This document shows, piece by piece, positions 18,898 through 28,463 of a DNA stretch of 64,000 nucleotides. The notes under the pieces are model-generated. The model worked only from the letters and a program-made list of their open reading frames with translations. It was not told where the DNA came from and did not search any database. Source of the stretch: Fidelibacterota bacterium. GTDB taxonomy: Bacteria > Fidelibacterota > Marinisomatia > Marinisomatales > UBA1611. Where the stretch lies: positions 3,189-67,188 of the forward strand of contig JABIHN010000040.1 in the NCBI GenBank assembly GCA_018649625.1. The letters run 5' to 3'. A program made the translations under genes and the position numbers. The first letter of the stretch is position 1, and every line of letters starts with the position of its first letter.

Positions 18898-19762
18898 TTA
18901 AGGGAAAATGGTCTGAAATCATGTTAGTTTGTTCTGTATCAATGATGTACGCTTTTTTGAAATTTTGAGACATAGCCGGTGATGCATAAATATAATCAAT
19001 CCGTCGAGAAATATTTTTGATAGCTTCCTGACTATGTTTTGAAAATGAATTAGAAGTGAATTTTCTTTGAGTTGGAAAAGTTGGATGATAGTTTTTCATT
19101 AGGTCTTTCATTTTACTTTTATCCAGCACTGATATGACTGAATAATCAAGTTCTCCATTATTTAGATTAAAATTACTGTTATAGATAGAATCCCTTTCAA
19201 TAAAATATTGATGAACGGTTGTAGCTTTATATTGGATACTATCTTTTGAGGAAAGGGCATTTAGATCGCCCAATAAAATTATATTTTTATTTTGTGTTTG
19301 GTTGATTTCATCCATGATAAATAAAATTTCTGTTTGACGTTCTTTATAGGTGAATGGAGAAAGGTGTGTATTGAAAAAATCAATTCCAGCAGTTCGACAG
19401 TGTTGTAAGCCATGAGCCATTTTATTCTGATTTATTTCAATTGTTTCGATAGGTTTTGCAGACGTTAGTCCCAAATGATACCCTGTTTTTGTTTGATATA
19501 AAGCTGAATATGTATGTCCCCATTGTTCGGCATCTGTTTTAAGTTTTTTTTTGGTATATCCGTTGAGTTCCTGCAGAGCAACAATATCCGGATTCTGTTC
19601 TTTCATCCATTCAATAAAAGCAGCGTACCGATCTGGAGCATCTTCAAATCCTTTCCACACATTGTAAGTAATTATCCGCAGTGGATTTGATTTATTAATT
19701 GATTGCTTATTAAAAACTAAAAAGGCAAGCAGCATTAAAGCGATAAGGAGAAATTTATTCAT
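18872..19762 (-). CDS. Secreted endonuclease/exonuclease/phosphatase (EEP) family protein (second copy)
   Basis: Signal peptide; LRIITYNVW and ISDHFPLIAEF EEP motifs; overlaps both neighbours by 8 nt or more. Confidence 0.75.
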   Translation of the reverse strand: MNKFLLIALMLLAFLVFNKQSINKSNPLRIITYNVWKGFEDAPDRYAAFIEWMKEQNPDIVALQELNGYTKKKLKTDAEQWGHTYSALYQTKTGYHLGLTSAKPIETIEINQNKMAHGLQHCRTAGIDFFNTHLSPFTYKERQTEILFIMDEINQTQNKNIILLGDLNALSSKDSIQYKATTVHQYFIERDSIYNSNFNLNNGELDYSVISVLDKSKMKDLMKNYHPTFPTQRKFTSNSFSKHSQEAIKNISRRIDYIYASPAMSQNFKKAYIIDTEQTNMISDHFPLIAEFNTHD

Positions 19763-21806
19763 AATTAATATTTTTTAACTGTCCACCATCCAATCGTCTA
19801 AAGCGGGCACAGGCGCCCCAACCACCACCTTTGTTTACAATTTTCATTAATAAAGTATTATGACCTTTTTGCAATATGACTTCTTGTACATCTTCACCAG
19901 CCGTCACTGTTCGACTGGCGTCATTCTCATGAATCAATTGACCGTTTAGCCAAGTTTTAATTCCGTCATTGCTTCCCATTTCTAATCGAACAGTTTGTGT
20001 TTTATTTGACCAAATATCAGTTTCTAAGTATACCACAGCAACCATTGGATTAATTACTTTGGCTAAATCTACATACCAATAACGGTTTGGATCAGAATCG
20101 TGGGGAACAGGTTGCCAATGTGCATATGCTCTTAATTCTGGCTCGAAGGCTGTGTCAAACAAAGAGTCTCCTTTATCTGTGAATGGTTGAGACATTCGCC
20201 AATTGATAATATGACCTTCATATTGCTCTGTTAGATTCAGCACTTGCTTATCATTAATGAGTTGTTTTTTAAGTAATGTATAATCTACATCCTGGATATT
20301 AATATTGTCTTGTATGGCTAAAACTGCTGCGGTAGCAGCGGATTGTCCTAATACCATAAAGACCGGTTCCATCCTGATAGAGCCAAAGGCAATGTGAGAT
20401 GCAGATAAGCACACAGGAACGAGCAAGTTTGTACATTCACTTATTTTAGGGATAATGGATCGGTAAGCGATAGGGTAGGGAGAAAAACCACCTAATTGTA
20501 CATCGCCTTCATTCCTTACATGTCCGCTACTATCGACATATCGCTGTACATGGTGAGAATCCATACTATACGCAGCCATGCCAACACCATCTTTGGATAT
20601 TTCATATCTCTGGCAATTGTGCTGTGTCATAACATAATCAGAAACCATACGGCGTGCTTCACGGATATATAATTGATGGGACCAATGACCATTGTCCACA
20701 AATTCATCTTTAGGTAATCCCCATTGATTCACTTCATCTTGAACCGATTTAGGGACTCTGGAATCATTAGCCAAAAACCACATAAGTCCTTTTTGATAAT
20801 CTTCATGTTCCTGAATAATTGCTTCCCGTGTGACATAATCACCATCGGGATAATCATAATTCATCCCAATATTGTCTGTGGCAAATCCACCTTTATTATT
20901 TGTATCTGTTTTTCCGTTTGGCATAGGTGTTGAAAGCTTTAGAACATCAAATACACCTGTATTCAGATAACGAAGAAGTAACTCGTATCGCATAGGATCA
21001 TAATGGTTAGGTTTAGGGAAAGGAAGTCTATTTTCTGGTATATTGGTCAAACACATACGAAAACAATACCCTTGGATTCTATGATCGCCGCTGCCTTCAT
21101 TTCCGGGGCCACCATCATTTTGAATACCGGGTAATAACCCACTATTAGGATCGCCGGGAATAATGTATGGATCGACAGGATGTTTAAAATTATGATACAC
21201 TGCACGTTTGGTTTGAACGCCATTGAGTGTTTCATCATAGACTTCATTAGACTCTCTACCGAACGTATATGATACACCGGCCTTAGCCATCAAGTCCCCT
21301 TCGTAAGTAGCATCAATGAACATTTTACCACGGAATGTTTTACCGGACTCCATTTGAATTTCTAAAATATGACTATCATTTTTTTTCATATTTTTGTTTA
21401 AGTCGATTCGTTCATTATAACTTACAGGAATATTATTTTCTAAAATAAAATCATTAAAAATATTTTCTGCTACATGGGGCTCGAATGTCCACATGGTTTT
21501 GTCCGAGATGGGAGTATTGTTATAGTGCGCATAAACCCGTTGATAAAATTCCCGAGATAAACCACCAATGGCATCTTTATTTCCAATATCAGTAGCCCCT
21601 AATCCACCCGCACTTAACCCACCTAAATGATTGCTCGGTTCAATTAACAATACAGAATATCCCATTCGGGCAGATTGAACAGCTGCTATAACACCTGCAG
21701 ATGTCCCGCCATAAACAATAATGTCATAGTTATTAAATCGGGTATTGCAGGAAGTATTTAATAGAATAGTTAAAGTGGCTATAGTTATTATTAGTAGTCT
21801 GTTCAT
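19755..21806 (-). CDS. Lipoprotein FAD-dependent oxidoreductase (FAD_oxidored / 'xanthan lyase'-annotated family) + 148-aa C-terminal recurrent module
   Basis: Lipobox LLNTSC; dinucleotide motif YDIIVYGGTSAGVIAAVQSARMG..IEP...LGG..AGG. The C-terminus (WRMSQPF...VRLEMGSNDGIKTWLNG...GGGWGACARFRRLDGG) is paralogous to the C-termini of the genes at 35797 and 40420. Confidence 0.8.
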   Translation of the reverse strand: MNRLLIITIATLTILLNTSCNTRFNNYDIIVYGGTSAGVIAAVQSARMGYSVLLIEPSNHLGGLSAGGLGATDIGNKDAIGGLSREFYQRVYAHYNNTPISDKTMWTFEPHVAENIFNDFILENNIPVSYNERIDLNKNMKKNDSHILEIQMESGKTFRGKMFIDATYEGDLMAKAGVSYTFGRESNEVYDETLNGVQTKRAVYHNFKHPVDPYIIPGDPNSGLLPGIQNDGGPGNEGSGDHRIQGYCFRMCLTNIPENRLPFPKPNHYDPMRYELLLRYLNTGVFDVLKLSTPMPNGKTDTNNKGGFATDNIGMNYDYPDGDYVTREAIIQEHEDYQKGLMWFLANDSRVPKSVQDEVNQWGLPKDEFVDNGHWSHQLYIREARRMVSDYVMTQHNCQRYEISKDGVGMAAYSMDSHHVQRYVDSSGHVRNEGDVQLGGFSPYPIAYRSIIPKISECTNLLVPVCLSASHIAFGSIRMEPVFMVLGQSAATAAVLAIQDNINIQDVDYTLLKKQLINDKQVLNLTEQYEGHIINWRMSQPFTDKGDSLFDTAFEPELRAYAHWQPVPHDSDPNRYWYVDLAKVINPMVAVVYLETDIWSNKTQTVRLEMGSNDGIKTWLNGQLIHENDASRTVTAGEDVQEVILQKGHNTLLMKIVNKGGGWGACARFRRLDGGQLKNINYE

Positions 21807-21833
21807 GAGTATTTCTTATGGCGAGTAAATTTG

Positions 21834-24341
21834 TTATTGTGTGGAATGGAATAACACTGCTGGTGGAATTTCTGATTTATTTATATTGTTGCTTTGCCAG
21901 CTAACCTTAATATTATGGGAGCCACCATTTTGAAAATATTTGACACCAATTTTATGCATTCCTTCTCTTAAGGCTATAGTATTATTTTTCTCTTTAATTG
22001 CATGTAGACCATCATTATCAATTAATATATTATTGTTAATGTATAATGCGGATCCATCATTGGACGATAAATAAAAAGTGTATAAATCGTCAGAAGGAAT
22101 TTTGATATATCCCTTAAAATCAAAGGAAAAATATTTTTCTCTGTCGCGGTCAATAATAGTAAAATTAGTACAAGTTCCGACATTCTGGGGCGTTGTCAGA
22201 CTAAACTTGTCGATTGTATTGAACTCTCCTTTGAAATAATTGAAAATGAGACCAGGTTCATAATGTGAAAGTTCTATTGAATTATCAAATTCAGTTTTTT
22301 CAAATAAATAGTTCGTGATCGGGCTAAATCTATCATCAAGGTAAGCTCGTAATTTGATGTGAGCCGATTTTGAAATATTGAACGAGCCAGTATACAAATG
22401 GGATGTGCGATCAGGTTTATCACCATTTAGGGTATAATAAATAGAAGCATTATCAGTGTCACAGAGAATTGAAATAGGGGTTTTGTTTAGAAAAAGATTG
22501 TCACCTTCTGAAATATAAGGAGCGGTTACAATCGATGAAAAATCAAACATAACAATATTATTTTTTTTATCTTCTGGAAAAGACATCACAGATAACATTC
22601 CGGCAGGAATATTTAGCTTTATCTCTGTGTCAGAATGGGAGACCATATATTCTTTCCCAATTAAAAATTTAATATTCCGACAGTTACCTTTTATAATTGC
22701 AGTTTGGTTAGCATCGAAATCTTTGACTTCACCGTCTACAGTTTTTGTTATACCCAGATTATTAAATATCCCTAATAAATATTTATCATTTGATCGTGCA
22801 TGTGCTGTACCTACTTTACCCTCCACCTGATAGGGGAAAAGATTATTAGCTATTTGAATAAAATAATCTGCATCACGTTTTTTCCCTTTGTAGATCTGAA
22901 CTTTTTCTTGCGGCATTGGTGAAGCGTTAGCCTGATTCTCGTTAAAATAGACAAAAAATTGATATTGATCTAATAACTCTTTAGGCGCATTGGCCGATAA
23001 AACATCAAAACTACTAATCCAGGGAGACGGAGTCAGGTTACCAGATTCTTTGCCTAATCCTTTTGGATGATCTGCATCAAGCACATCTTTTGCAAATGCT
23101 GATAGTCGTTTATGAAAAATATTTGGTTCAGCAATTTGATACAATTTAGAAATATTTCCAGCTATAAAGCGAATATCGACCCCAAAAGTATTTGGCGGCA
23201 TTATTAAAGCTATAGGAACAATAGGATTTGGCTTAGAATATTGATTATTGATTTTTTGAAAGTCTTTATTAATAGATCCGTATTCAGTTAACGGATAGTT
23301 ATCCCAATTACTAAAATAATTTTCAGCACCCCATTCTTCACTCCAATATGAAGAACCTGAAAGCCATGAATAATACAATAATCGGCGTTGGAGAGATCGA
23401 CTACTTCCGTAATTGGCTCCAATAGGGTTTTCCCTTTTAGAGTTATAGTTTAATATATCGACTGCTTCTGGGTACCATGGTGTAAAGTTAGTTGAACATA
23501 GACCACCAAATGGGAATCCGCCCCATGACTCATAATAAACGCCGAATGGTTTATTAAATTCTTTTCCAGCTCCCCTTGAGAAAGCAATTTGTAAAGCGGT
23601 TAGCGGTACTTGGTTTCCAATTTCAGCCATAATATTCTTCGCGCCTAATCGCAAAGCGCTATGTTGAAGTTGAATGAACCCGGTGACGGACATAACTTGG
23701 TTTGAAGCTCGATTTAGTATTTGTTTGAAATATTTTTCTATATAGTGTTCAACATCAGATAAATTAGATAGTGAGCGATAAAGATCTTTGTAAGTTTGAT
23801 AATCCCCTGCTGAAAAGTAAGGATATTCAGTTCTGCCTTCATAAGCGGCGAAATCTTGATATTCTAATCTATTCCCTGTTTTAGATTCAAGTTTTTTCAA
23901 GAAGTGATAATCATGTATAGGGGAATTACCCCATTCATGTACTTGAAATCCAAGGAAATTTGGGTCATCACTTAGTTTAGCCGAAACGGTCTCAATTCCT
24001 TTCAATGATTGAAATGGCATTCCACCGGAAATTCGGTCAATGTAATAGGGAAGACCAGAGTTCTGTGCTATGGATAATTTTTCAGAATGCTCCCATTGAT
24101 CACCGAACTGGTGTTGATGCATTCCCGTATTTAATAATCGATATCCTGTATTGTTGAGCAATCGATGTTTTTGTAATCCTTTACGAAATTGCGGATTTTC
24201 ATGTTGTAGGAATGTCATTCCTGGCAAATTCTGTAATTCTAAATCATTTTTTTTATTGGGTAGTTTATTACTATCACATGAAAATAGAGAGAACGCTAAG
24301 ATTATCAATATAATAGTTAAATATTTAGATATTTTTTTCAT
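21834..24341 (-). CDS. Lipoprotein of unknown function (~590-aa unassigned N-region) + chitobiase/hexosaminidase C-terminal-type domain + PA14-like domain
   Basis: Lipobox AFSLFSC. The C-terminal tandem (ASIYYTLNGDKPDRTSHLYTG..; YTFYLSSNDGSALYINNNILIDNDG...KYFQNGG) parallels the C-terminus of the adjacent GH20. I cannot place the N-region in any family. Confidence 0.55.
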   Translation of the reverse strand: MKKISKYLTIILIILAFSLFSCDSNKLPNKKNDLELQNLPGMTFLQHENPQFRKGLQKHRLLNNTGYRLLNTGMHQHQFGDQWEHSEKLSIAQNSGLPYYIDRISGGMPFQSLKGIETVSAKLSDDPNFLGFQVHEWGNSPIHDYHFLKKLESKTGNRLEYQDFAAYEGRTEYPYFSAGDYQTYKDLYRSLSNLSDVEHYIEKYFKQILNRASNQVMSVTGFIQLQHSALRLGAKNIMAEIGNQVPLTALQIAFSRGAGKEFNKPFGVYYESWGGFPFGGLCSTNFTPWYPEAVDILNYNSKRENPIGANYGSSRSLQRRLLYYSWLSGSSYWSEEWGAENYFSNWDNYPLTEYGSINKDFQKINNQYSKPNPIVPIALIMPPNTFGVDIRFIAGNISKLYQIAEPNIFHKRLSAFAKDVLDADHPKGLGKESGNLTPSPWISSFDVLSANAPKELLDQYQFFVYFNENQANASPMPQEKVQIYKGKKRDADYFIQIANNLFPYQVEGKVGTAHARSNDKYLLGIFNNLGITKTVDGEVKDFDANQTAIIKGNCRNIKFLIGKEYMVSHSDTEIKLNIPAGMLSVMSFPEDKKNNIVMFDFSSIVTAPYISEGDNLFLNKTPISILCDTDNASIYYTLNGDKPDRTSHLYTGSFNISKSAHIKLRAYLDDRFSPITNYLFEKTEFDNSIELSHYEPGLIFNYFKGEFNTIDKFSLTTPQNVGTCTNFTIIDRDREKYFSFDFKGYIKIPSDDLYTFYLSSNDGSALYINNNILIDNDGLHAIKEKNNTIALREGMHKIGVKYFQNGGSHNIKVSWQSNNINKSEIPPAVLFHSTQ

Positions 24342-24379
24342 TTATATTTTTTGAATAAATTTAAAATAATAACGGGAAA

Positions 24380-26695
24380 TCAGTTTGTATAATAAGCTGT
24401 TGATTCAATTTCATGTTTTTCTATTCCGGGACCTTCCAAAAAAATATTTAAATCCAACCCACCACCTTGTTGAAAATATTTTACATCAATTTTATGATAC
24501 CCAGCCATTAAAGCAATTTCGGCTGACCGCTCTTCAGCACCATGGGGATTATCATTGTCTATCAATAAAGCGTTATTAATTAATAATATACTTCCATCAT
24601 TTGATAAAGCATAAAATGTATATAATCCGTCTGTCGGAACCAGAACATATCCCGAAAATGTGTATCCAAAAATAGTTGGATAATCATCTTCGAATAATGA
24701 AATGGAAGCCGCTATACCCGAATTCTTAATAGGTAAATTGTCCAATTCTATCGTTGCATAAATCTTCCTGCCCGATGTGTAATAGTTATAATCCAATCCG
24801 GGTTTAGGATTTTGGAGTGTAACAGGTTGTTGTGGAGATTGTTTGATAAATTCTCCTTCATAAATTTTACCAACAGATCCATCCGGAAGTACTTCAGCCG
24901 TTTTGAGTAAAACGCTTTCATTAATCGTAAATGGTCTATCATATATGGGTGAGTTTTTAGTCGGAGTATCGCCATTGAGAGTATAATGAACATTTAAATG
25001 GGGTCGTGGTTTCTGGATAGTGATTTCTTTACTCCCAATAAATACATTCCTTTTATTAAAGCCGCGAATGGATGGATGTCGATAATGAACTCCCATGGCA
25101 TCTAAACGGAAATAAAAGTTGGACAATCGTTGGAAAAAATCATTGTAATCGCGATTGTTTTGCGACGTCCAAGCCACTTCAGATAAAGCAGATATTCTGG
25201 GAAATAGCATATATTCCACATGGTCACCTGTAGGCATATATTCTGTCCATACATTTGCTTGGACACCCAAAATATATTTAGCTTCTTCTGGGTTTAATTC
25301 TTTTGGAATCGGATTATATTCATACACTTTTTCTACCGGAAGTAATCCGCCGATTGCTAATGGTTCTTGATTTGGCTCTCCTTGATAATAATCAAAATAG
25401 CAATAGGTGGTAGGTGTCATGACGACCGGATGTTTTAATTTGGCAGCTTCAATTCCACCTTTTGTTCCACGCCAAGACATCACTGCCGCATTTGGTGCCA
25501 ACCCGCCTTCTAAAATTTCATCCCAACCAATAATGTTTCTGCCTTTGCTATTGACGAATTTCTCAATTTGTTTAATGAAATAGCTTTGGAGTTCATGTTC
25601 GTCTTTCAATCCTTCCAGCTTTATTCGGTTTTGGCATTTTGGACAAGATTTCCAATGCTTTTTGGGTGCTTCATCTCCACCAATATGAATATACTTGGAA
25701 GGGAATAGATCCATAACTTCTGTCAGTACATCTTCTAAAAATGTGAATACTGTATCATTCCCTGCACAATAAATATTTTCCGATATACCCCATAGTTTTT
25801 TTACTTCAAAATCACCATCGTTACATGCCAGATAAGGATAGGATGCCAAGGCAGCAACTGAATGCCCCGGAAGTTCGATTTCCGGGACTACCGTAATGAA
25901 TCGTTCTTCGGCATAACTTACAATTTCTTTAATTTGATCTTGGGAATAAAAACCGCCATACTGTTTCCCGTCATATTGTGCCGGTCGATCTCCAATATGT
26001 CCAATCAATGTTTCGTCACGATAGGCACCTACTTCTGTTAATCGTGGGTATTTTTTAATTTCAATTCTCCATCCTTGATCTTCTGTTAAATGCCAATGGA
26101 AGGTATTCATTTTATGCATGGCTAAATAATCGATGTACTTTTTTATGAAGTCTAATGGAAATAAATGGCGCCCCACATCCAAATGCATTCCACGCCACTT
26201 GAATCGTGGCTCATCAACTATTTTACAATTTTGAATTTTTGTAGTAATTGGAAATTCATTTTTCTCCAATTCAGGTGGACAGAGTTGACGAAATGTTTGA
26301 AATCCATAAAAAAGCCCAGAAGGTGTACTTGCTTTTAATGTAATAGAATGATTTTCAACTGTTAATTCATATCCTTCATCGGGGATATCATATTCAGGGT
26401 CGTAGTTTATAAGAATTTTATTAAGCCCAAAATCTTTGTTACTTTCTAACAGTTTTATTGGTTTTAATAAGTTTATAAAAAGTTTACCTATATTTTTTTC
26501 TATATCAGAGCCATGTAATGTTGCAATTCCACGTAACCCCATTAAGTCAAAACTTTCGTCCAATAATTGAATTGAGTTTGGTTTAGGAATAAGTGCTAAA
26601 GGTTTTTCTTGAATCTGATGGGTCCTTTTTTGGGGGATGCAACTCATTAATGTGAATAAAATAAATAGGGTTCCGCCCTTAAGTAATTGATTCAT
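24380..26695 (-). CDS. GH20 beta-N-acetylhexosaminidase with C-terminal CHB_HEX_C-type and PA14-like domains
   Basis: GH20 motifs RGMHLDVGRH, HWHLTEDQGWRIEIKKYP, ELPGHS and catalytic HIGGDE; lipobox LMSC; TGA stop. Confidence 0.9.
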   Translation of the reverse strand: MNQLLKGGTLFILFTLMSCIPQKRTHQIQEKPLALIPKPNSIQLLDESFDLMGLRGIATLHGSDIEKNIGKLFINLLKPIKLLESNKDFGLNKILINYDPEYDIPDEGYELTVENHSITLKASTPSGLFYGFQTFRQLCPPELEKNEFPITTKIQNCKIVDEPRFKWRGMHLDVGRHLFPLDFIKKYIDYLAMHKMNTFHWHLTEDQGWRIEIKKYPRLTEVGAYRDETLIGHIGDRPAQYDGKQYGGFYSQDQIKEIVSYAEERFITVVPEIELPGHSVAALASYPYLACNDGDFEVKKLWGISENIYCAGNDTVFTFLEDVLTEVMDLFPSKYIHIGGDEAPKKHWKSCPKCQNRIKLEGLKDEHELQSYFIKQIEKFVNSKGRNIIGWDEILEGGLAPNAAVMSWRGTKGGIEAAKLKHPVVMTPTTYCYFDYYQGEPNQEPLAIGGLLPVEKVYEYNPIPKELNPEEAKYILGVQANVWTEYMPTGDHVEYMLFPRISALSEVAWTSQNNRDYNDFFQRLSNFYFRLDAMGVHYRHPSIRGFNKRNVFIGSKEITIQKPRPHLNVHYTLNGDTPTKNSPIYDRPFTINESVLLKTAEVLPDGSVGKIYEGEFIKQSPQQPVTLQNPKPGLDYNYYTSGRKIYATIELDNLPIKNSGIAASISLFEDDYPTIFGYTFSGYVLVPTDGLYTFYALSNDGSILLINNALLIDNDNPHGAEERSAEIALMAGYHKIDVKYFQQGGGLDLNIFLEGPGIEKHEIESTAYYTN

Positions 26696-26765
26696 TATTT
26701 TACTTCTCCAGATATTTAATTTTCAAGGATATGAACACGATAGATATTGCGATTGTGCACCTTCA

Positions 26766-28349
26766 TTAAAGGATTTTTTTTCTTATTTTCTCTGTTTTTA
26801 AATCCTGAACGCCGTTCACATCGTGGATAGAAATGTTGCTTGAATTCTTGAGAATGAATTGTGGTGCATTCTCATCTTGTTGAGCATCAATGTTAAAAAA
26901 GGTGGCATCGTGTACATCATCTAAAATAAAGGCAGGCCGTTCATCTTTATTCAAAGTGCGTAATACGATATTGTTTACTCTCAATCCTTTTACATACCGG
27001 AAATAGAATCCGTAAGCTGGCATGGAATCCCATCGATAAGGGTCTGGATACGTATCAATATTTTGCGGAACTTCTTTATTTATCAAATCCTTTGTCCCGC
27101 CGCCACGGAAATATATACGAATATTGCTTAAGGTTAAATCTTCAATATAATGTCCAGGAATTCCCATAATCATCGCTGCACCCAACCCAGGTTGTTTTGG
27201 ACGTCCGCCTACATCGTACACATTGAAATTACTAATTGTCACACGTTTAATCGTACCTACGGGTATCCCATCTGGACCACGCATTCGGGCATTGAGCCGG
27301 ATGAAAAGGGGTGTTTCGGTTATATCGCGCATGGTAACATTATTGATTAAAATATCTTCTATAGATCCACCGTCAGCCGTTTCAATTGCGATGCCACGTG
27401 AGTGCTCAAAAACACAATTAGAAACCGTGATATTTTTAAATCCACCGTTGGACTCTGTACCGAATTTCAAACGACCTGTAATGCAATGATTAACCCCGGG
27501 TGCTTCATCGATAAAATTAGTCGTACATGTGCCATCGAGTAATGACCCTTCATCATAGCCAAATATTTGGCAGTTGGTAATAGTCACATTTTCTGTATCA
27601 CGGGCATAGCCCAATGCAAAAGAAGATTTTAAACATAGGCCATCATCTGTGGGGGAATTAATAATACAGTTTGAAATTCGAACATTTTTACATGCATCAA
27701 TGTCAAATCCATCCCTGTCGGCATCGACCCGTACATTATCAATAGTTAAATTATCGACGCCTGTGGCTAAAATACAGAAATGACCGCCATGAAGTATAGA
27801 AATATCCTTAATGGTAACATTAACGCAATTTTTTAGGGCAATGGCTTTATTTCCGGATCCAATGAGCTCTGGCTTATCGTGTGTTTGTAATCCTTTTCCC
27901 CAAATCATTCCTTCACCTGTGATAGCAATATCTCGCAAACTATCGCCATAAATCAAACTATTCTTCCAATAGTTGTGCCCAAAGTCCTGAAATTTTGAAT
28001 ACCAAGTTTCTTTTTCTGGTAAATCATATCCTACACCATTTACTTCTTTATCTCCAATCAGCACTGCACCTTGATCGAGATGGAGTGTAATTTTACTTTT
28101 TAAATGAATGGTAAATGAAAGATAATCTCCGGCTGGAAAAAATACTGTTCCGCCACCGTTCTTCACAGCCGTTTCAATTGCAGTGTTTATTGCTTTGGTA
28201 TTATTCGTTTGTCCGTCCCCAACTGCTCCGTAATCAAGTACATTATAAAAAGGGCTATCAGATACTTTTTGGGGTTGGGTCTTATTACAACTCGTCAATA
28301 TTATTGTGGCAAAAGCAGAAAAAGTTAATATGAATATTTTCAATTTCAT
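26766..28349 (-). CDS. GH28-family glycoside hydrolase (polygalacturonase-like beta-helix)
   Basis: Lipobox ILTSC; N-terminal YNVLDYGAVGDGQTNNT..I; catalytic-region DRDGFDID..NCII.SPTDDGLCLKSS. Confidence 0.8.
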   Translation of the reverse strand: MKLKIFILTFSAFATIILTSCNKTQPQKVSDSPFYNVLDYGAVGDGQTNNTKAINTAIETAVKNGGGTVFFPAGDYLSFTIHLKSKITLHLDQGAVLIGDKEVNGVGYDLPEKETWYSKFQDFGHNYWKNSLIYGDSLRDIAITGEGMIWGKGLQTHDKPELIGSGNKAIALKNCVNVTIKDISILHGGHFCILATGVDNLTIDNVRVDADRDGFDIDACKNVRISNCIINSPTDDGLCLKSSFALGYARDTENVTITNCQIFGYDEGSLLDGTCTTNFIDEAPGVNHCITGRLKFGTESNGGFKNITVSNCVFEHSRGIAIETADGGSIEDILINNVTMRDITETPLFIRLNARMRGPDGIPVGTIKRVTISNFNVYDVGGRPKQPGLGAAMIMGIPGHYIEDLTLSNIRIYFRGGGTKDLINKEVPQNIDTYPDPYRWDSMPAYGFYFRYVKGLRVNNIVLRTLNKDERPAFILDDVHDATFFNIDAQQDENAPQFILKNSSNISIHDVNGVQDLKTEKIRKKIL

Positions 28350-28463
28350 TTTATTTCACCTTCGGGCTACGAAAGTAATTCACACAAAAGATATTCAATC
28401 TATGGTTCATTTTTTGTCTCTCTATTTGATTAAATGATTATTGTCATGACTAAAGCAGTTAAA

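Noticed and set aside
19755-20201. Simply labelling the recurrent C-terminal module as a PA14 domain.
   Set aside because: It shares only the general ..DG...W.NG.. jelly-roll flavour. The bona fide PA14 copies in this window (GH3 insert, GH20 and the 835-aa protein) form a clearly different sequence group. I left it unassigned pending profile or structure searches.
28366-28396. A further copy of the CACNAAG-type element (GGCTACGAAAGTAATTCACACAAAAGAT).
   Set aside because: It matches the consensus only partly, and its orientation relative to the upstream gene is opposite to the other copies. I mention it as a weak candidate and do not list it as a feature.
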